Positions 58,565-64,000 of a stretch of 64,000 nt of DNA are shown in pieces. Origin of the DNA: Chrysomallon squamiferum (Eukaryota > Animalia > Mollusca); the NCBI GenBank assembly GCA_012295275.1, contig CM022671.1, forward strand, positions 15,438,001 through 15,502,000, read 5' to 3'. The position numbers and the translations under genes were made by a program. Within the stretch, counting starts at the first letter, position 1; each line of letters starts with the position of its first letter. The notes below the pieces were generated by a model. The model saw nothing but the letters and a program-made list of their open reading frames with translations. It was not told the origin of the DNA and ran no database searches.

Positions 58565-61500
58565 GTGATGATGATGATGATAAATGGAACTGAAAATAAA
58601 GAAAAAAGGCATTCCATATATTTTTTATAAAAATAATTATTTCGGATGCATATTGTAGGAGTTAATCTTTAGAATTTAAATATATTTCTGAATGTTATGA
58701 TTGCTTGATATGATTTTTAATTTGAAATATACTTATGTTTTTGGTTTTGTTTTTATCGTTTTATTGCAATGTAATTTTTATTACATTATATTTACGCGAA
58801 CTGGAACGTTTAAATCTTCAATTTAAGACAACTTATTAATTGCAAATTTCTAGTGTAAAATCGGAATAAAATGCCAGGATCTTTACTTTGCTCATGGTCA
58901 GCCTTTTTAAAATCTTACATCGTTTGATAAAAAAAAAAAATCTATCTAGTTTTCAAGCATTTATTTAAATGTAACGGTGGGGAATGGATAATGTGATACA
59001 TTGATTACACACACACATACACACACAAATACACACAAACATGTGACTCACTAGTTATTAATTATATGTTGCTCATAAAACCTCTAGCCTAGGAAACACA
59101 ATCAAGACAGCATTTTAAATCAGAGGCTTTAATACTAGGTAATCCCTGATATAGAAATATTAACATATACAACATTGTAAATCTGTCGTCTCCAAGGAGA
59201 ATAACTGGCCAAGTTCATAAAACTGTACTTAATTAATACAAAGCAAAGGATTCAAGCACTGTAAAATCAGAACAAACCAAATGAAAACAAAACCCAAACC
59301 AAAAACCAAAACCCAACAAAATCCTGATCTTTAGAAAATAATTATAAACAAATATATTCAACAAAAATATAATCAAATACATTATATTAATATATAGTCA
59401 AACCTGACAATTATATGAATTTAAATATTAATATCAACTGTCAAAGTTCATTAGTCGTGGCTTCTGGGAGGAGTTATCCATCAGTAAAACTGCTACAGTT
59501 CAATATTCTCTGTCAGTAATACATGACATCATAATCTTGGTACTTGATCACAAATCCCATTTTGAAAATAGGGATTTTCTTTTTCTTTTAAATGGAGCTG
59601 AAAGCATTCATCCCTAAATCCATTTATCACTGGTAATTATTTTCAATCATGTTGCATTGTGCCCCAGTCTTTTTACTAAAGTTCTACAATAACACAGCTT
59701 CTGATGTTTTTCTCAGAATGTGTATTGTTGAACTGTTGATGCTACTTACTGAATGGAACCTACCTCAAAATATAACATAATAAAAGTACCTTGAACTGAG
59801 TCAAATTCCACTACTGTTTTCCTTAAACAAATGAAATATCCATGGAAAGACAATCATTTGTGAGCAGAGTATTAATAACCTTTGTGAAACATGTTATAGG
59901 ATTGTTGGGGTTTTCACACTTCGTCTCCTAATTTAAATCTAATTTAAAAGGTCTCTGAGTATTCTTAAACGTAAACTATTAATAAGTTCACTCAGCAGAT
60001 TCATATTCAGTGATACACCAGGTTTGTAAATTAATCCCATATTTCTCCCATAGCAGTAAGTAACCCTGTATGTGTCATACAGGTTTTAATTTAATATATC
60101 TATGTGTGTATGAATGTATATATATATATATATATATATGCATGTTTACAATGCACTGCACATATATTTATCCACTTGATAAAATAGAAAATATATATTT
60201 ATCATCTTTTATCAAATGAAACACATATCTATTTGTGTACATAAATATGTAACCTCTAACAAACATTTATATATAAAGTTTAAACAAGACTTGAAAATGA
60301 TGTAATATTTTATTTTAAAAATAGTCCATGTGAAAAAAAAAATCCAAAATCCAAATATGTATATTTTTAAAATATAACTAAATTATTAACTACTTAACAA
60401 TAAGAAAATAATAAGAAAAATTTAAATACTGCTGTAACAAGTATCCAATAACCAGATTTATTAACCGAGTTCTCCAAATGTTTAAGAACTTCAGAAAGAT
60501 TACAAATATCACAGATCATTTTCTCTATATACTTTGTTAAAGGAAAATATTAAAAAAATAAATAAATAAATAGAGAATGTTTTTCTTTGCCTTTCACTAA
60601 CATATAATTATTTTTTTTGTTTAAAAAAACTTCGTGTTTTGAACCAGAAAAAACATTTCTAAAAAGAAGAAAAAAGAAAGAAAGATGAAGAATGAACAGA
60701 AACAAAATTAAGAAAAGAGAATTAAAAAGCTGTAATTTTTATTTTTGCAAAATGTACATCCACAATGGCACTAGTAGTTGTCACACACACACATACACAC
60801 ACACATTCACAACAGCATAAAATAAATAGCACATGTACACAATGAAAAAACAACAAACAAATTGATAAAATCACAGAAAATATATTCACTATTTATAAAT
60901 GGTGGGTTTTTAATTCATAAAGCTATTTAATGTGTTCTATGTAAGATATTCTCAGTATTAGAAAATATCTGAAGAATAAATTAATTTGTAGAAATCAAAA
61001 CTTAACATTTCATCAAAAAATAACAATTAAACTACTTGAGTTGAATTACTGTTGTAGTTTTAAAGATAATTATTTGCAATGAACAAGATGATAATACTGT
61101 ATAGTTTTCTATATTTACATTGTTGTCCACTGTCTTAATATACTAAATGTGCTCTTTAACCTATCCTCAGTAAAATAATTTCTTTCAGATATGCCATGAC
61201 ATAACAGTTATTTTGTGAATAATATCTTAAAACACATCACAAACAATAGTCTATTGACCTCTTCCTGGTTCAGGAAATTGTAAACTTTACTTCATTTAAA
61301 GTTCTGATGGGTTTTATAATTACAATGTATTTATAATTTATGATAAAAATGTTTTTTTTTAAAATATCATTCTTTAAAAAATCTGTCAAGTAGAGATTTG
61401 AAAATACTTGATTTATGGTAAAACTCATTATTTAGAACTGTAAGATGTAAAGTAAAATAATTTTAGTATTCAAAACACCCATATCTGTATATTAATTGGC

Positions 61501-62574
61501 TGAATAGTGGAAAATCACTACCAAACACACTGGAATGAAGGTTATTTTCAAATGCATATAATACTTTTTATATCATTAGATCATCATAAAACTAAACAGC
61601 AAAATCAAGAGCAAATACAAACAAAAACAAAATTTAGATGAAACCATTGCGTTAGGAATGAGGATTAAAATGCTGAATTTTACTTCATAAAATTAAATAT
61701 GTAAAATATAAGTTAATTAGAATTAAGAATTTAAAATGTTGAACTGTACTTCATAAAATTAAATATGTAAATTATAAGTCAGTTTACAATTAAAAATAGC
61801 ACTTTATACATATTTATATTCAAAATAAATTGGTTGAATATATAATTCAAATAATAGTTTATAAAATTGTTCATGCTAATGATAGGTTAGTCTTTAATTG
61901 CTTCCATCATACTTGAGTTCAAATGAAAAAGGAAATTTTCCAAACTGTAATACTTGATTGAAATATCTATAGTACATAAGGTACCATAACTCTGGATTAA
62001 ATACTAAAATTCTTAATTCCATGCAAGAATGGAAAATGAAAAACATCCTTTGTACTGTTTATTCTTGAATCCTTATCAGAAGACATGGCTACGTAAATCA
62101 CATTTGAAATATAAATACTTTTAACACTAGCTTTTGTTTACAGTTATACTGTCAAATAAATACTTGCAACACATAAATGATTTCTATTGTCATCCAAACA
62201 CTTGAAACTCTCGTTTTTGTTTACAATTATACTGTCATACAAATATTTGTAACATTTGTTCTTTCCTCATCCATATTTTGTCTGAACTATTTACAATATT
62301 ACATTAACGTGACAGACCTGGCTTAAACATAAGCTGCAGTCGAGACCTTCCTATCTAATTTTTGATAATTTATTTCATTTTGTTTGAATCCCGGTTCACT
62401 CTTACATCACATTTAAACACATTTTATTGCCTGCTGCCCTTCTGAAAGTAGTTACTTGTATATGAAACTTGCAACATGAAAAACATCATGATCTGTCTGG
62501 CAGTAGCTGGTTGGTGAAATAGATTCCAAACACTTTTACTGGAAGGATCGTTATTAGCCTTTAGTCAGCTCCTG

Positions 62575-62958
62575 TCACCTTCTTACTTTGTCAGCTTCAA
62601 ATGCTTCATGTGTTTCAAACGCTGAAAAATAAAATCACAACAATTTAAAATAATATGCATGAATTTTATGTGTATATATATGAATATAAACTACAGCTTA
62701 ATGTACTAAATAATGTCACTTTTAAACATACTCACTTTTAGATAAAATTAGAAAATTAGATTGTTTTAAGTCATGTTTTCATTATGGTTAAACTGCTAAA
62801 ATGAGATGAAAATTCATATAACCATTAGTTTGTATAATATTTAAAATTGTATTAACAAGAGCAAACACTACTCATAAATTACATCTAGAGCAGATTTTAC
62901 ACAATTTTTTTCCACATGGACAATTTGAATATTAAGGATAAATTTTTGACATGCAAAA

Positions 62959-63001
<43 letters not shown>

Positions 63002-63832
63002 AAATAAATAAAATTTGAATTGTTTTATGAAGTATGTTACTATATGAGCATGTAATTGAACAACATGTTCTAAATGTATTAATCTAACAAGCTAGTGCTG
63101 CTTCATAGCAATCCAAAAGGGGGAATGAGGTGAGCCATTGTCAAAAAGAGGTAGGGAGCCAATGCTGTAGAGTCTTGGAACATTTTATTTTCATAAACAA
63201 TCAAATCAAAGTATGTTTATCTCCTAACTTAAATGTGTATCTCAATGATATTGCATGTATTAGATCTGACTTTTAAAAAAAAAAAGCAATTGTAAAGTAT
63301 TCCCTATTTAGACTATTTTATACAGGTTTCTTTACCTTTGTAAAATATTGTTGGAAAGGTTACTTTTGGTAGAAGATCTTTGACTTTGGAAATGACTGTT
63401 GATTTGTCTGCAAGATTCGAGTCAATGTTCCATATCTGAACAATGTCATCACGATCTCTGATACTCACACTGATTCCTCCAACTTCATCACCTGCAACAA
63501 AACGATAAAATTATTTCTATCAATAGTCTTAGTTTTAGAAAGTAATCAATTAAATAAAATAATTACAAATAATTCATATATAGTAGAGTGAAAAAATAAA
63601 TAATACATAATACACAATATATTTAATTATATTCGTTATTGTTGCCTGTCCCAAAATTCTAAAATTATATTGTCATATACTACTTTTAGAAACACACACA
63701 CACACACACACACACATACATATATACAGACACACCAGAAGAATAGAAACACAAGTAAAATATACCCTCTGCCATGCACTCTGAAAGTTGTTCACCTATA
63801 GCTGCTAGAAGTAGTTCTTTCCAAACCTCTGG
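62575..63832 (-). CDS. EIF4E3: Eukaryotic translation initiation factor 4E type 3, last three exons; complement(join(62575..62621,63336..63491,63766..63832))
   Basis: Spliced translation is PEVWKELLLAAIGEQLSECMAEGDEVGGISVSIRDRDDIVQIWNIDSNLADKSTVISKVKDLLPKVTFPTIFYKAFETHEAFEADKVRR*. This matches the class III eIF4E C-terminus (VWKELLLA.IGEQ, SVS.RDR.D.VQ.WN, FYK..H.AFE). Absent from the ORF track. Confidence 0.95.
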
Positions 63833-64000
63833 CTAAAAGAAAAATTCATAATCACTTACCCATATATATTTATGGTACAGGAAATAGGTATTATCAGGAA
63901 CTATGTATAATTCCTGAATATTTCAGAAAATATGTGTTCAAAAGTCCAATTGGTTTATACTGTTATGTCCTCAGCAACAAACAAGCATGTCCTTAATAGC

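Noticed and set aside
62575-62577. EIF4E3 TGA as Sec or readthrough
   Set aside because: Family similarity ends here and I saw no SECIS; the TGA-C context alone is insufficient

Overview
AT-rich, microsatellite-dense animal genomic DNA. It looks like an invertebrate, possibly a mollusc or other lophotrochozoan, but the species cannot be fixed from the sequence. Three spliced genes can be read directly. (1) The 3' end of selenoprotein K on + (in-frame TGA-Sec at 1836-1838, SECIS at 2308-2374). (2) A complete 10-coding-exon 5-aminolevulinate synthase (ALAS) on - (5265-9874, 588 aa). (3) The last three exons of eIF4E type 3 on - (62575-63832). The most notable signal is a canonical iron-responsive element (IRE) in its own 63-nt non-coding internal exon (13645-13707) of the ALAS 5'UTR. 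This exon lies downstream of several candidate alternative first exons (~14.4, ~24.3 and ~25.7 kb), and the protein also carries three heme-regulatory CP motifs. The 24.5-59 kb interval has visibly more CpG and contains DNA-transposon relics and MITEs, a ~1-kb foldback, several minisatellites, and a tentative unannotated spliced gene on - (54.4 to 46.4 kb). All coordinates were read by eye and no database searches were run.
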